Shown: positions 10,021 to 20,380 of the stretch, one piece after another
How positions within the stretch are numbered: the stretch's first letter is position 1
Layout of the letters: the number at the start of each line of letters is the position of its first letter
Source of the DNA: Candidatus Bathyarchaeia archaeon
GTDB taxonomy: Archaea > Thermoproteota > Bathyarchaeia > Bathyarchaeales > Bathycorpusculaceae
Assembly (NCBI GenBank): GCA_038882955.1
Contig: JAVZNC010000001.1
Span: forward strand, 128,001 to 192,000
Direction of reading: 5' to 3'
Length of the DNA: 64,000 nt
Notes under the pieces: model-generated
The model's database searches: none
What the model saw: only the letters and a program-made list of their open reading frames with translations
What the model was told of the DNA's origin: nothing
Program-made: the position numbers and the translations under genes

Positions 10021-11926
10021 ATGTTTCCATAACAGAAGGCGCGAAAGCCTGCAGTCCCATTCTCTTCTGAAGGAAATTCGCGATGCTCAAGCATTTGGCT
10101 TTTTCGCCATGGCAGACGATAACCCTTTCTGGTTCTGGCTTCAGGTTTGATATGTAATTTAGTATTTGCTTCCTATCAGAATGTCCAGAGAAGCCTTCGA
10201 TTGATTCTACGCGTAGCCTAACTTTTATTACGTCGAGTTTACCCTCGCTGTTTAAAAGCGTAACCTCGTTCAAGCCCTTTTGTACACGTCTTCCTAAAGT
10301 GCCTTCTATCTGGTAGCTGACGAAGATAATAGTGTTTGCCTCACTTTCAGCCAAAGCCTTAAAATATTCTATTACTGGTCCGCCTTCAAGCATCCCAGAA
10401 GTTGCTAAAATAATACATGGTTCGCCGTCGATAATGTTTTGCCTAACATTCGGGTGTTCAACAATTGTGAAGTAGTCTGATTGGAATGGGTTAACGCCTT
10501 CGTGCAGTATGCTGTTGCGCACCTCCCTGCCCAAATATTCTGGGTAAGCCGTGTGTATGGCTGTTGCCTCAGAAATCATGCCTTCAATGAAAACCGGAGC
10601 TTCCTTCATCAACCCACGCTTCATGTAACCATCAAGGATAAGCATAATTTCTTGGGCTCTTCCAACCGCGGGCACAGGTATCAAAACTTTTCCTTTACGC
10701 TCCAAAGTTTCATTTATTATTGCCGTTAGGCGTTCCTCGGCTTCAACACGTGAAGGCATAACGTCTTCTGGACCTCCATAAGTGCATTCGGTTATTACTG
10801 TCTCAACCCTTGGAAACTCTCTTGTCGCCGCTTCAAGAAGCATTGTTCTAGCAAACTTGTAGTCGCCAGTATAAACAATGTTGTGCAGTCCCTCGCCTAT
10901 GTGCAAGTGAACAAGCGAAGAGCCCAAGATGTGTCCAGCATTGTGAAGCGTTAGGCGAATGTCGGGAGCTATGTCTGTAACAACGCCATAACGCAGCGGA
11001 ATTGTATGCAGAACGCATTCTCTAACGTCTTTCTGGTCGTATGGCGGTATAATGCCCTGCTTGCTGGCTACATCAAGATAGTCAAGTTGGAGAAGCGTCA
11101 TTAAGTTGGACGTCGGCGCTGAACAGTAGACTGGTCCGTCATAGCCGTACTTGTAGAGGAACGGCACAAGCCCACAGTGGTCAAGGTGCGCGTGGCTTAC
11201 AACAACAGCGTCTAAAGAGTCAAGCTCAAATTGCGAGTTGTCAAGTCTTGGAAAAGACTCGAAGGGCTTTGAAGAGCCAGGGTTTATGCCGCAGTCAAGG
11301 AGAACACTGCTTTCGCGTGTTTGCACGAGAAAGGCTGACCTTCCAACCTCTTGGGCTCCGCCAAGAACGGTTATTCGTACGTCTCCAACATCGTAAATTT
11401 TTGGTCTGAAAATTCTTTCGCCTATTGTGCGGAGTATACGCTCTCTTTCCTTGCTTTCTGAATGAAGATAATGCCTCATATGCGTAACAATTTTTGAACG
11501 CAATGGTGGACTTCTTAAAACGTGGGGGCGCCACTTGGTCTGCCTTATTATTTCTTGCAGTACAGCACCATTCTTTCCTATGACAAGCCCAGGCTTTTTT
11601 GCTTCAATTATTATTTCGCCTAGGCTTGGGTCGAAGTTTATGTCCGTCACTTCTGCCTCGGCTGGGATTATTGATTTTGCTATTCTTTCAGCTTCATTTT
11701 CTGGAAGTCTCACAGACGGGTCTGAGCGTACAACTATTCTTTTTCTTATCACGTTGACTATGTCTGCGATTAGGCTGCTTTGTTCAACTAGCAGTTCGGG
11801 TCTTTTCGTGTAAACTGCAAGCGTCGAGCCTTCATACTCTATTCTGGTCACTTCAACCTCTTTTGGCACGTGCTCTAGTATGTAGTGGCTTATTTCGATT
11901 TTCTCTCGGTCAGAGTTAGGTGTCAC
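10007..11926 (-). CDS. fttA: Beta-CASP ribonuclease aCPSF1 / transcription termination factor FttA
   Basis: N-terminal KH domains (KKPGLVIGKNG), HAHLDH metallo-beta-lactamase motif, AGHILGS, FSGHSD; next to proteasome beta gene. Confidence 0.95.
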   Translation of the reverse strand: MTPNSDREKIEISHYILEHVPKEVEVTRIEYEGSTLAVYTKRPELLVEQSSLIADIVNVIRKRIVVRSDPSVRLPENEAERIAKSIIPAEAEVTDINFDPSLGEIIIEAKKPGLVIGKNGAVLQEIIRQTKWRPHVLRSPPLRSKIVTHMRHYLHSESKERERILRTIGERIFRPKIYDVGDVRITVLGGAQEVGRSAFLVQTRESSVLLDCGINPGSSKPFESFPRLDNSQFELDSLDAVVVSHAHLDHCGLVPFLYKYGYDGPVYCSAPTSNLMTLLQLDYLDVASKQGIIPPYDQKDVRECVLHTIPLRYGVVTDIAPDIRLTLHNAGHILGSSLVHLHIGEGLHNIVYTGDYKFARTMLLEAATREFPRVETVITECTYGGPEDVMPSRVEAEERLTAIINETLERKGKVLIPVPAVGRAQEIMLILDGYMKRGLMKEAPVFIEGMISEATAIHTAYPEYLGREVRNSILHEGVNPFQSDYFTIVEHPNVRQNIIDGEPCIILATSGMLEGGPVIEYFKALAESEANTIIFVSYQIEGTLGRRVQKGLNEVTLLNSEGKLDVIKVRLRVESIEGFSGHSDRKQILNYISNLKPEPERVIVCHGEKAKCLSIANFLQKRMGLQAFAPSVMETFRLL

Positions 11927-11938
11927 TTCCTAACATCC

Positions 11939-12577
11939 TCAACTTGACAACAGCTTTTTCTTTTCCTTCTCATCTAATTCGCGGTAACCCTTACCATCAA
12001 TAACCGCAATGTTAAAGCTGTCGCCACTCGCAGCATCCCGCTTCATGGCGGAATTAACAGCCTTAACAACGATTGGCAGAAACTCCTCAACAGTCACATC
12101 TTCGCGGTATCTGTCCTCCAAAATTCCATAGGCTATTGGCGAACCAGAACCAGTGGCAACACACTTTTCTTCGGTTAGGCTGCCAAACGGGTCTATAGAA
12201 TAGACATGCGGTCCTTCTTCGTCTACTCCGCCTATCAGAACCTGCGTTAGAAGGGGCAAGTATCTGGCTGAAAATAAGAGGTTAGCGATTAGCCTTGCTC
12301 CAGAGCTTACTGGTATGGGTCTACCCATGTTTATTTTGTATAGCTGCGCGTTTGCCGTTAGTATGTCAACTGTTCTTTGAGCATCTGCAAGCGAACCCGC
12401 AATAGTCATTGCTAAGTGGTCGTCTATTTTGTATATTTTTTTGCCGTGCTTGTGGGCTACATAATAGCCCATGGTTACTCGCGTGTCTGAGGCGAGGATT
12501 ACGCCGTTCTTGCATACCACGCCTATCGTCGTTGTCCCCTTCAATGCCAACTTATCAACTGCGTCTTTACTTATCAT
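11939..12577 (-). CDS. psmB: Proteasome subunit beta
   Basis: Propeptide followed by G/TTT catalytic Thr, ATGSGS, RDAASG. Confidence 0.96.
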   Translation of the reverse strand: MISKDAVDKLALKGTTTIGVVCKNGVILASDTRVTMGYYVAHKHGKKIYKIDDHLAMTIAGSLADAQRTVDILTANAQLYKINMGRPIPVSSGARLIANLLFSARYLPLLTQVLIGGVDEEGPHVYSIDPFGSLTEEKCVATGSGSPIAYGILEDRYREDVTVEEFLPIVVKAVNSAMKRDAASGDSFNIAVIDGKGYRELDEKEKKKLLSS

Positions 12578-12765
12578 CTCATTTTCTCCTAAAACCTAAA
12601 CAGCGCGGGATTAATTCGCTAGGAAACAGCAGCATGTAATCACACCGTGAAGTTTATTAACATTACGGTTAAAGTGGAGAGAAATCAATAGCATTTAAAT
12701 GGCGAAACACCCACTAATCTAGGGTTTAGGCAGCTAGAATTAAAAGACAATAATTAAGGTTCAGC

Positions 12766-13833
12766 GTGGTTGATTTGCCACTAAAACACCATCAAATGCA
12801 GCTTCCAAGAGAAGTAATCGTTGGAAACGGCACCTTAGAGCGCATTCCAGAAATTACCTTGAGGCTGGGGTTCACAAACTCCGCGCTGATAGTTGCTGGC
12901 TCGCGAACTTACGACATCGCTGGAAAAACCGTGAAGGGGCTTCTTGAAAAGGACGGATTAGAAGTCAACACTGTTCTTGTCGAGTCTGCAACTGTTAAAG
13001 ATGTTGAAGTGGTTGAGGAGAAAATTAGGGTTTTAAAGCCGCAAGTTGTTTTTGGAGTGGGTGGCGGAACAAAAATAGATGTTGCAAAGTTAAGTTCAGC
13101 CCGCCAGCAAGTTCCGTTCATAAGCGTTCCAACAACAGCCTCCCATGATGGAATAGCGAGTCCGCTGTCTTCTGTTAAGGGTTTCGAAAAGCCCTATTCG
13201 GTAATGGCTCAGGCGCCAATAGCCATAATCGCGGACACGGACATAATAATGCAGTCGCCTTGGCGCTCCATAACAAGTGGATGTGGAGACGTAATTGCAA
13301 AATTCACCGCGGTGAGAGACTGGAAGCTTGCACATAAAGAGAAAAATGAGTATTATGGAGGTTACGCCGCAAGCCTAGCCCTGATGAGTGCAAAACTCGT
13401 GATTGAAAATGCTGGCATAATTAAGCCAGACAACGAGGAGGGACTGCGCATCCTAATCGAAGCTTTAATAAGCTGTGGGGTGGCGATGAGCATTGCTGGA
13501 AGCAGCCGCCCATGCAGTGGGTCTGAACACCTTTTCAGTCACGCCTTGGACATTATCGCTTCTTCTTCGCATGGATTGCATGGCGAACAATGTGGCGTCG
13601 GTACAATAATTATGGCTTATTTGCATAGAGCAAATTGGAAGCGCATAAGAGACACGTTGAAAAAAATTGGGGCGCCGACAGATGCTAAGGGATTAAACGT
13701 GAAGAACAACGACGTGGTAAGGGCGCTGGAGCTTGCCGCAAACCTGAGACCAGAAAGGTACACGATTCTTAACAAGCTTAATTTGAACAGTGAAGCCTAC
13801 GAGAAGGTTGCAAAAACGACAGAGGTCATGTGA
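12766..13833 (+). CDS. egsA: Glycerol-1-phosphate dehydrogenase
   Basis: GVGGG, PTTASHDGIASP, SRPCSGSEHLFSHALD, LHGEQCG. Confidence 0.95.
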   Translation: MVDLPLKHHQMQLPREVIVGNGTLERIPEITLRLGFTNSALIVAGSRTYDIAGKTVKGLLEKDGLEVNTVLVESATVKDVEVVEEKIRVLKPQVVFGVGGGTKIDVAKLSSARQQVPFISVPTTASHDGIASPLSSVKGFEKPYSVMAQAPIAIIADTDIIMQSPWRSITSGCGDVIAKFTAVRDWKLAHKEKNEYYGGYAASLALMSAKLVIENAGIIKPDNEEGLRILIEALISCGVAMSIAGSSRPCSGSEHLFSHALDIIASSSHGLHGEQCGVGTIIMAYLHRANWKRIRDTLKKIGAPTDAKGLNVKNNDVVRALELAANLRPERYTILNKLNLNSEAYEKVAKTTEVM

Positions 13834-13838
13834 AAGGT

Positions 13839-14570
13839 TTAGGTTGATTTAGCTGGCGCTTCTTCCTTTTTTGGTTCAGCTGCTTTGAACGTCTCGCTGA
13901 ACTTTACAGTGGTTATTTCTGGGAAGAACTTTTGTATGTCAACGGCTATTCCGCGTTTCGCCACTTGGATGCCCTCCAAATAGAAGGCTTCTTCTGGCAT
14001 TTCGATGCTGACGGTTTTCGCCTTAACGGTGAACTTGAATTTGCTGCCTTCAACCGCTGGAATTCTTCTGTGAATGAGCGCTTCTATTTTCTCCTTCACT
14101 GTTTCAAGCTTCTTTTTAACTGTAACCTCGTAAACAAGCGTTTTTCCAGCAAGAGGCGGATTGAAATCCAATAAGACTCTTCCAGCGCCTATAGCACGAA
14201 CTGTGGCAAGTCTTCCATCATATTCCACGCGCATTCCAAGGCTTGGAGTTATTCCCTTATCTGTCAAATGCCTAAGCGGAACACGCCTAACCTTTTCTGG
14301 GTCACGTGCTCCAAAAGCCTTGTCTGGCGGTATTTCAACAACTGATTGTTTGCCGACTTCCATGTTTGCGAAGCTTTCATCTAACGCCTTTAGAACCCAC
14401 CCCTCGCCTACCACGACAAGTTTTGGTTCGTAGATTTCTCCTTCCTTGTATAGACGCTCTTTTTTGGCTACATCCTCTGTCGTCGTGTCGAAAACTTCGC
14501 CTGTCTCCTTAACTTTCGCAGTGTAGTCGATTAGTATGAAGTCTCCTTTTTGTAAAGACATGCGTATCAT
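13839..14570 (-). CDS. FKBP-type peptidyl-prolyl isomerase (long archaeal type)
   Basis: VFDTT, IPPDKAFGARDP, DFNPPLAGKTL plus C-terminal extension. Confidence 0.92.
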   Translation of the reverse strand: MIRMSLQKGDFILIDYTAKVKETGEVFDTTTEDVAKKERLYKEGEIYEPKLVVVGEGWVLKALDESFANMEVGKQSVVEIPPDKAFGARDPEKVRRVPLRHLTDKGITPSLGMRVEYDGRLATVRAIGAGRVLLDFNPPLAGKTLVYEVTVKKKLETVKEKIEALIHRRIPAVEGSKFKFTVKAKTVSIEMPEEAFYLEGIQVAKRGIAVDIQKFFPEITTVKFSETFKAAEPKKEEAPAKST

Positions 14571-14668
14571 TCCTTTTATGGCATTGCATGTAGCTTTGAA
14601 CTCTAATAAAAACTTTCTTCACTTTTCCGCTAAAATTTATTAGACTGTTACGTTCATCATAAACTGCA

Positions 14669-15466
14669 ATGATACGCCTAAACCTAAGCCTAGCAGACTT
14701 GTTCGCGGAAAACCCATACCTAATAACGATGTTGTGGGTCGTTGTCATTGCCGCTGCTGCGCTAATTATTGAAAGAGTTTTCACGAGATGGCTAAGGCAA
14801 GTTACAAGGAAGAAGGAGATTCCGCCAGAAATTGTAAACGGAATTGTGCTAACTGAAAGGATTATAATATTAATAGGCGTCACGATAGCGCTTCTTCACG
14901 TAGGAGGATTTCCATCAGAGACTATCATAAGCTTTTCCGCCATCGGAGGTGCAGCCGTTGGATTTGCGTCTACAAGAACGATTGGAAATATTATGGCTGG
15001 AATTTTCCTCTTTGCAACGCATCCATTCCGTGTAGGCGACTATGTGCGGATAGACGGCATCGAAGGGATAGTCCAAGAAATTACACTGAACTACGCGAAA
15101 ATTTTGACAATTTCAGGGAACATTGTTTCAATAAGCACCCAAAGAATATTGGACAGAGATATAGTCAACTATCGCTTTGTGGAAAGCGAAGAGTCAAATA
15201 TTTACTGTTACGGGTTCGAGTTAGCCTTTGACCACGCTTTGCCAGTCAGCGAACTTGAAAAAGTGTTGGACAAGGTTCTTGGAAAATATGCTGGACAGAT
15301 GCCAAGAAAACCAGACTATCAAGCACTTGGGATAACAGCCTTCGCCAGAAACTATAGGATTTACATTTACGTTGAAGAGGCAAAGGACATTTTCAAGTTT
15401 TATCCTCAAATCACGCGGGAAATAATCCAAGTTTGGGAAGAAGCAAAACGTCAAGCAGCGCAATAA
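14669..15466 (+). CDS. mscS: Small-conductance mechanosensitive channel family protein
   Basis: Three N-terminal TM segments, G-x-A-V-G-F-A, PFRVGDYVRIDGIEGIVQEI. Confidence 0.88.
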   Translation: MIRLNLSLADLFAENPYLITMLWVVVIAAAALIIERVFTRWLRQVTRKKEIPPEIVNGIVLTERIIILIGVTIALLHVGGFPSETIISFSAIGGAAVGFASTRTIGNIMAGIFLFATHPFRVGDYVRIDGIEGIVQEITLNYAKILTISGNIVSISTQRILDRDIVNYRFVESEESNIYCYGFELAFDHALPVSELEKVLDKVLGKYAGQMPRKPDYQALGITAFARNYRIYIYVEEAKDIFKFYPQITREIIQVWEEAKRQAAQ

Positions 15467-15533
15467 AGTGAATCCATTAAATTTAAGTTCTACATAACAA
15501 GAGTGTTTGTAAATCAAACAAGAAGGCTCTATT

Positions 15534-16748
15534 TTGGCTGAAGAGAAGTCAAACACAAATGCCCGCAAGATTGCTTACCTTGGAATTTTATCGCTTGGCA
15601 TAGTAAGCCTAATGGGCGACATAGTTTATGAAGGCTCAAGAGGCATAGTTCCAGATTACTTGACTTTTCTCGGCGCGTCGCTAGCCATAGTAAGCTTCAT
15701 CGGCGGAATCGGCGAATTTCTAGGCTACACAATGAGGCTTTTAGGTGGATACCTAGCGGACACAACGCGAGCCTACTGGATTTTCATGTTTCTAGGCTAC
15801 GGACTGATAGTTTCAATTCCGCTTTTAGGACAGTTAGGCACTTTTGGCTTGGGAACGGTCATAACCCTAATCTTGCTTGAGAGATTTGGCAAAGCCCTAA
15901 GGTCGCCTTCACGCGACACGCTCCTATCGATAATTAGCAAGGATGTTGGCGCTGGAAAAGCCTTCGGCTTACACGAACTTCTAGATCAGATAGGCGCAAT
16001 GATTGGACCAATCATAGTGGCTGCCTTAATGTTTGTAAGCGCCAACAATTATGGCTATACTTTCACTTTTCTATTCCTGCCATTCGCCGCGCTCCTAATT
16101 GTTTTGGCTTACACTTACAAGAGGCTACGCTCAAGAGTGGCTATTACAGAGACGCAGAAGACAAGCGAAAAGGCGAAGCTTGGAAGGGACTTCTACATTT
16201 ACACATTTGCCGTTCTCTTAAACACTGTGGGACTTATCCCATACACAATTATATTGGCCAAAGCCTCGGATGTTCTTCAGCCAATCGGTGAGCAGTGGAT
16301 TGTGCCGTTAATGTACACGTTTATTCAAGGCGTGGACGCGCCATCCGCTCTAATTTCTGGATATACATATGACAAGTTTGGGATAAGGATTCTCGTTGCG
16401 CCTTTTATAATTTCGGTGATTCCATCCGTGCTTGCCATCGCGAGCGGAGAGCTACCTATTTTGTGGGTTGCTGCCGCCTTTTTTGGATTGATTCTTGGAA
16501 TGCACGAGTCAGTTTACCGCGCGGCAGTATCAGAGTTTGCGCCCGTCTCCTCTAGGGGCACGGCTTACGGCATTTTCAACACTGTTTACGGTGTCGGCTT
16601 TCTCATAAGCGGTGGATTATACGGCTTATTCATAGCACTGAAATTCCCATTCACACTAATAATTTGCTATGCGATTATACTTCAAGCAGTGGCAACGTTT
16701 TTGTTGCTTAATGCTTGGCAGCGTAGGCATCAGCCCGAACAAGCGTAA
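15534..16748 (+). CDS. Major facilitator superfamily transporter
   Basis: About 12 hydrophobic segments, GYLAD, ERFGKALRSPSRD, RGTAYG. Confidence 0.9.
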   Translation: MAEEKSNTNARKIAYLGILSLGIVSLMGDIVYEGSRGIVPDYLTFLGASLAIVSFIGGIGEFLGYTMRLLGGYLADTTRAYWIFMFLGYGLIVSIPLLGQLGTFGLGTVITLILLERFGKALRSPSRDTLLSIISKDVGAGKAFGLHELLDQIGAMIGPIIVAALMFVSANNYGYTFTFLFLPFAALLIVLAYTYKRLRSRVAITETQKTSEKAKLGRDFYIYTFAVLLNTVGLIPYTIILAKASDVLQPIGEQWIVPLMYTFIQGVDAPSALISGYTYDKFGIRILVAPFIISVIPSVLAIASGELPILWVAAAFFGLILGMHESVYRAAVSEFAPVSSRGTAYGIFNTVYGVGFLISGGLYGLFIALKFPFTLIICYAIILQAVATFLLLNAWQRRHQPEQA

Positions 16749-17286
16749 CGTACTTTTGTGGGACGTTTTTGCACAAGTAAACCTTATCCGTTGCCTTGAA
16801 AAATTTCAGTCCGTCCCTTCTGGCGGCTTCGGCGTCTATCTCCAAAACGGTTGGCGTGTCGGTTCTGCGCATTCCAACTTCCATTGCAACTTCAATTGTC
16901 GGGGATAAGTGAACCCACTTTCGCTTCATTGGTTTAAGTCCCTCCCTCAAAATTTTTGAAGCCGCGTGGGGCGTTGTCCCATGATAAAGCACTTTTACGG
17001 TCTTATCCTCTTCAAACTCGAGCTTTACTGGAACCGTATGCCCATACAAGGCGCGGATTTTGTTGCCAACAACTTCAAAACGTTTTCTACCACTTTTTTC
17101 AACAACATCCAAAACGAAGAACTTATCAACTTTGAAGCGTTGATTAATTTTTTCTAAAAGTTTGTCTAGATCTACAAAGCCATGCTCATCCATGCCCAAG
17201 CCTTGAGGGTTATGCCTCAACAGATAACTCATGTACCTGCTAACCTTAACTCGCAATTCATCACTCATAAATTTGCACAACCACAA
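16708..17286 (-). CDS. kptA: RNA 2'-phosphotransferase Tpt1/KptA
   Basis: SYLLRH, IRALYGHT, LYHGT, R-x-x-VHLS. Confidence 0.93.
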   Translation of the reverse strand: MWLCKFMSDELRVKVSRYMSYLLRHNPQGLGMDEHGFVDLDKLLEKINQRFKVDKFFVLDVVEKSGRKRFEVVGNKIRALYGHTVPVKLEFEEDKTVKVLYHGTTPHAASKILREGLKPMKRKWVHLSPTIEVAMEVGMRRTDTPTVLEIDAEAARRDGLKFFKATDKVYLCKNVPQKYVTLVRADAYAAKH

Positions 17287-17293
17287 ACGTCAA

Positions 17294-17956
17294 TCAGACT
17301 TTAAAATCAATCTGTGTATTATCGCGTGAATATTTCATCCATTCCTCCAATATTTGCTGAAATCCCAACTTGCTATAAATTTCGTAAAAATCCTCAAACT
17401 TTTCTAGACACCGTTTCAACAGCGGCTCAAGGGCTAATTTTCTTTTCAGTTTCTCCCTTAACGATGTGGCAATGAGCTTTAGCTCTTCTGGAAATTCCTT
17501 TGCGGTTATAGAGTTAGCGTTTATGCCTATGCCAACCACGGCGTAGTTCACATTTTCGCCAGTACTGTTCACTTCTGTGAGTATCCCGCAAACTTTTTTC
17601 CCGTTGAGCAGAACGTCATTAGGCCATTTGGCTTCAACCCTTAAACCGTAATCTTCGCTTAAAACCTTAATAACAGCCAAACCAGCAGCTACAACAATGC
17701 CAACGGCCTCATTAACCTTCATTTTCGGCCTCAAAATTACGGAAAAGTATAGCCCGCCCCTCGGCGAAAACCATTTTCGCCAGTGTCTTCCACGTCCAGC
17801 AGTTTGTTCTTCGGCAATCACAACCGTGCCTTCAGCAGCGCCGTAACGCGCCAGTTTTTTGGCAAAATTGTTTGTGGAATCTACCTTACGCAGCGAAATT
17901 ATTGTTTTTCCAAACTTTTTTGTTTGTAAGCCTTCTTGGATTTTGTCGACTTTCAT
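17294..17956 (-). CDS. birA: Biotin-protein ligase (catalytic domain; C-terminal domain apparently absent)
   Basis: STN, QTAGRGR, KWPND, KKVCGIL, GIGIN. Confidence 0.88.
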   Translation of the reverse strand: MKVDKIQEGLQTKKFGKTIISLRKVDSTNNFAKKLARYGAAEGTVVIAEEQTAGRGRHWRKWFSPRGGLYFSVILRPKMKVNEAVGIVVAAGLAVIKVLSEDYGLRVEAKWPNDVLLNGKKVCGILTEVNSTGENVNYAVVGIGINANSITAKEFPEELKLIATSLREKLKRKLALEPLLKRCLEKFEDFYEIYSKLGFQQILEEWMKYSRDNTQIDFKV

Positions 17957-17971
17957 GAACAGATACTGGTC

Positions 17972-18376
17972 CTAAGGCTTTTCTATAAGCTCTAATAGGA
18001 CGCCTTTTGTGCTTTTCGGGTGAATAAACGTGATTTTTGCTCCTTCAGCGCCATTCCGCGGCTTTTCATCAACAAGTATCACATTTTTACGCTTAAACTC
18101 TTCCAGAGCTTTCTCTATATTTTCGACTTTAACGGCGATGTGATGTATGCCCTCGCCTCGGCTTTCAAGAAACTTTGCAACTGGACTGTCGCTGCCAATT
18201 GGTTCGAGAAGTTCTATTTGTCCCTCACCGCCAGAGGATAAAAATGCAACCTTGACCTTTCGCTCATGTAGAACGTGGATGCCTTCAAGTTTAAAGCCCA
18301 AAGTTTCGCTGTAAACCTTCACAGCATCATCGAGATTTCGTACTGCAACGCCGACATGGTCGATTCCGACAAACAT
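17972..18376 (-). CDS. mce: Methylmalonyl-CoA epimerase (VOC family)
   Basis: [37 protein letters not shown]; start moved to ATG at 18376 (134 aa) to match family length. Confidence 0.9.
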   Translation of the reverse strand: MFVGIDHVGVAVRNLDDAVKVYSETLGFKLEGIHVLHERKVKVAFLSSGGEGQIELLEPIGSDSPVAKFLESRGEGIHHIAVKVENIEKALEEFKRKNVILVDEKPRNGAEGAKITFIHPKSTKGVLLELIEKP

Positions 18377-18664
18377 TACGCCTAAACTCCATTCGCGGTT
18401 AGACGTTAAAAGCCATATCATATAACGTATAAAAACTTGCTGGAACCTACTCCTTTTTGCGTCGCGCCCTTTCACTCTGCAACAGGAAAATGAAACCTAA
18501 ATCCAGAATACGCTTTTCCCTATGTCTCAACGCTTCCGCTAAAGGTTTATGTGCAAAAATTAGCATTTACGCATTTTGCAAACATTCAGTTGCCAAAATT
18601 TATGGAAAAACTATAAAGGTTGGGTAACAAAATCTAGGTTCTCCCAAAGTGGAGAGACTTTAAA

Positions 18665-20365
18665 ATGGAAAAGTACACGCATGACATTGTTATAGTTGGC
18701 GCTGGACTGGCTGGACTGAGGGCGGCGATTGCCGCTGCGGAAACTAGCAAAAAATTGGACATTGCAGTGATATCGAAACTTCACCCGATACGCTCGCATT
18801 CTGTTTGTGCGCAGGGCGGAACAGCCGCGGTAATGCGCGAAAAAGACTCATTTGACCTTCACGCTTTTGACACCGTTAAGGGCGCGGACTACCTTGCAGA
18901 CCAAGACGCTGTAGAATTTTTTGTAAAGCAAGCGCCTAAGGAAATAATCCTAACAGAGCATTGGGGGTTGCCATGGAGCAGAACACCAGACGGGAAAATA
19001 GACCAACGTCCCTTTGGAGGTCACAGTTTTCCGAGAGCGTGTTTCGCAGCGGACATGACGGGTTTCCACGAGATGCACGCGCTTTATGGTAAAGCCACAT
19101 CCTACAGCAACGTGAAATTCTACGACGAATGGTTCGCCACCTCGCTCATAGTTGAAGATAACACGGCAGTAGGCCTAACAGCCATAGAACTTAAAACTGG
19201 CGAGATGCACACCTTCAAAGCCAAAGCAGTAGTGATGGCAACTGGCGGACACGAACGCATATACGAGTTTACGACGTTCTCCCACACAACAACAGGCGAC
19301 GGAATGGCAATGGCATACCGCGCTGGAGCACCGCTTGAGGACATGGAGTTCGTCCAATTTCACCCCACGGGGCTCGTCCCATCTGGCGTGCTGATAACAG
19401 AAGGCGCAAGAGGAGAAGGCGGATACTTGTTAAACGCTAAGGGCGAACGCTTCATGAAGAATTATGCTCCAGAAAAGATGGAGCTTGCCCCACGAGACGT
19501 CGTTTCAAGGGCGGAGCAAACAGAAATACTTGAAGGAAGGGGCTTCGAGGGGCCATACGGTCCGTACATCGCTTTAGATTTGACACATCTCGGCGAAGAG
19601 AAAATAAACGAGCGCCTGCCGTTAATACGCGAAGTTGCCATAAAACTTGGCGGAGTTGACCCAGTTAAGGAGTATATTCCAATAAGACCAGCAGCGCATT
19701 ACTCCATGGGCGGAATAAAGGCGAACGTTAAAACTGAAACGCCGATTGCTGGTTTGTACGCTGCTGGCGAATGCTCATGCATAAGCATTCACGGAGCAAA
19801 CAGACTTGGCACAAACTCGACTGCTGAATGCCTGGTATTCGGCGCAGTTGCTGGAGGAGAAGCAGCTAAACGCGCCTTGTCAGCAAGCTTCAAAGAGATT
19901 CCAGAAGAAAAACTTGCTTTGGAAGAAAAACGCGTTTATGACGGAATCTTGGGAAGCGAGGGCGACGAGAAGGTTCCAGTTATTAGGGATGAGATGCGCC
20001 GCACAATGAATGAGAAGGTTTGGATTTTCAGAAGTGGAGACCAACTCAAAGATGGGTTGAAGAAGATTAGAGAGCTCAAAGAACGGTTTAAGCGAATAAA
20101 GGTGGAAGATAAACGCGGTCCCTTTAACAGCGGACTCACAGAAGCGCTACAACTCGACTTCATGTTAGACTTGGCAGAAGTCACAATTTACTGTGCACTT
20201 GCCAGAACAGAATCCCGCGGAGCACACACGAGAAGGGACTACCCGAAGAGGGATGACGCAAACTGGCTTAAACACACATTAGCGTACTGCACGAGTGAGG
20301 GACCGAGGCTTGAGTACATTCCAGTTACAATTACGAAATGGCCGCCAGCCGCAAGAACCTACTAG
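18665..20365 (+). CDS. sdhA: Succinate dehydrogenase/fumarate reductase flavoprotein subunit
   Basis: [16 protein letters not shown] (covalent-FAD His), [33 protein letters not shown]. Confidence 0.92.
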   Translation: MEKYTHDIVIVGAGLAGLRAAIAAAETSKKLDIAVISKLHPIRSHSVCAQGGTAAVMREKDSFDLHAFDTVKGADYLADQDAVEFFVKQAPKEIILTEHWGLPWSRTPDGKIDQRPFGGHSFPRACFAADMTGFHEMHALYGKATSYSNVKFYDEWFATSLIVEDNTAVGLTAIELKTGEMHTFKAKAVVMATGGHERIYEFTTFSHTTTGDGMAMAYRAGAPLEDMEFVQFHPTGLVPSGVLITEGARGEGGYLLNAKGERFMKNYAPEKMELAPRDVVSRAEQTEILEGRGFEGPYGPYIALDLTHLGEEKINERLPLIREVAIKLGGVDPVKEYIPIRPAAHYSMGGIKANVKTETPIAGLYAAGECSCISIHGANRLGTNSTAECLVFGAVAGGEAAKRALSASFKEIPEEKLALEEKRVYDGILGSEGDEKVPVIRDEMRRTMNEKVWIFRSGDQLKDGLKKIRELKERFKRIKVEDKRGPFNSGLTEALQLDFMLDLAEVTIYCALARTESRGAHTRRDYPKRDDANWLKHTLAYCTSEGPRLEYIPVTITKWPPAARTY

Positions 20366-20380
20366 AAGGAGGAAGCAAAT

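Noticed and set aside
18552-18580. Inverted repeat TGCAAAA..TTTTGCA in the mce/sdhA divergent spacer
   Set aside because: AT-rich, long spacer, single occurrence; could be chance.
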